In this document: positions 63,019 through 64,000 of the stretch, piece by piece | Layout of the letters: the number at the start of each line of letters is the position of its first letter | Numbering within the stretch: the first letter of the stretch is position 1 | NCBI GenBank assembly: GCA_036521695.1 | Contig: DATDHE010000588.1 | Coordinates: forward strand, 3,752 to 67,751 | Origin: Candidatus Acidiferrum sp. | GTDB taxonomy: Bacteria > Acidobacteriota > Terriglobia > Acidiferrales > UBA7541 | Length of the DNA: 64,000 nucleotides | Direction of reading: 5' to 3' | Notes under the pieces: generated by a model | What the model saw: only the letters and a program-made list of their open reading frames with translations | Told to the model about the DNA's origin: nothing | Database searches by the model: none | Made by a program: the position numbers and the translations under genes

Positions 63019-64000
63019 ATGGCAAGTGGAGCCGCAATGACGGAACAATCTCAAAAGCCAAAATCCGAACTAGGCGGCGTTGTCGTCCTCGATTTCGGCG
63101 GCCAGTACACGCAGCTGATCGCTCGCCGGATCCGCGAGCAGCAAGTCTTTTCCGCCATCCTACCTTGCACGGCTTCCATTGAAGAAATCCAAAGATTCGC
63201 CCCTGTTGGACTGGTCCTCTCAGGCGGCCCCAGCTCTGTCTACGACCCCGACGCCCCCAAGTGCGATCCGGCTATCCTCGCCATGGGCATCCCCGTTCTC
63301 GGTATTTGCTACGGAATGCAGTGGATTACCCACGCGCTCGGCGGCAAGGTCGAAAAAGCCGACCGGCGCGAGTACGGCCGAGCTCAGCTAAAGGTAAAGT
63401 GTGATAACGGTCCCTCAATCTCGGAACTTTTCGCGGGCGTCCCCAAAACTCTGCGCATCTGGAATAGCCACGGCGATCATGTGCGCGAGGTACCGCCCGG
63501 TTTTTCCGCCACAGGCCACACGGACAACGCCATCGCCTCGCTCGAAGATGCCCAGCGAAAAATCTACGCTGTGCAATTCCACGTGGAAGTGAATCACACC
63601 GAAAGCGGTACCGAACTTCTCCGCAATTTCCTTTTCCGTGTCTGTAAGGTCGAACGAAAATGGAGCGGTTCCGCGTTTATCGAGGAAACCACCGAAGCCA
63701 TTCGAACGAAGGTCGGCCAACGCAGCGCCATCTGCGCCCTGAGCGGGGGAGTGGATTCCACGGTAGCGGCGGTCCTGGTTCACCGCGCCATGGGCGACCG
63801 CCTCACAAACATCTTCGTGAATACCGGAATGCTTCGAAAGAACGAATTTGCAGACACGCTGGAAATGCTGCGAGACCGACTAGGTCTCCGCGTCATCGGC
63901 GTGGACGCCTCAGACCGCTTCCTGAACAAGCTTGTGGGCGTCACCGACCCCGAACAAAAGCGCAAAATCATCGGCGGAGAATTTATCGCCGTCTTCGCGG
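63019..64000 (+). CDS. guaA: GMP synthase (glutamine-hydrolysing), partial
   Basis: Manual translation: LDFGGQYTQLIARR, LSGGPSS, GICYGMQ, SHGD, QFHVEV, SGGVDSTV, DPEQKRKIIG; runs off the window. Confidence 0.96.
   Translation, partial: MASGAAMTEQSQKPKSELGGVVVLDFGGQYTQLIARRIREQQVFSAILPCTASIEEIQRFAPVGLVLSGGPSSVYDPDAPKCDPAILAMGIPVLGICYGMQWITHALGGKVEKADRREYGRAQLKVKCDNGPSISELFAGVPKTLRIWNSHGDHVREVPPGFSATGHTDNAIASLEDAQRKIYAVQFHVEVNHTESGTELLRNFLFRVCKVERKWSGSAFIEETTEAIRTKVGQRSAICALSGGVDSTVAAVLVHRAMGDRLTNIFVNTGMLRKNEFADTLEMLRDRLGLRVIGVDASDRFLNKLVGVTDPEQKRKIIGGEFIAVFA

Overview
GC-rich bacterial chromosomal segment, very likely Acidobacteriota (Terriglobia-like). The evidence is the PadR plus tandem ADOP permeases, the single-chain LptF-LptG, and the DUF1844-MBL-ribF arrangement. 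It is mostly housekeeping: rarA, trmH-like, tsaC, anmK, mutS, ptrB, uppS-cdsA-dxr-rseP-fur, mazG, recO-glyQ-glyS-ppdK, GH57, aroF, nfo, leuS and a partial guaA. No rRNA, tRNA or CRISPR array was seen. Highlights: (1) an unannotated ~120-nt stand-alone transcript (25208-25325, minus) with its own promoter and terminator, carrying a 15-nt complement of the 16S rRNA 3' end ahead of a 6-codon ORF; (2) a tightly coupled porin / monoheme cytochrome c / CuA-cupredoxin / DUF5818 operon; (3) a ~310-nt structured, terminator-ended RNA ahead of a membrane-less MgtE and an NRMT-type Nramp; (4) a PhnP-like phosphodiesterase fused to RibF. There are also several pseudogenes, a direct-repeat-bounded islet after ppdK, and REP-like palindromes, one of them inside a coding sequence. 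All family assignments come from motif recognition by eye, not from database searches.
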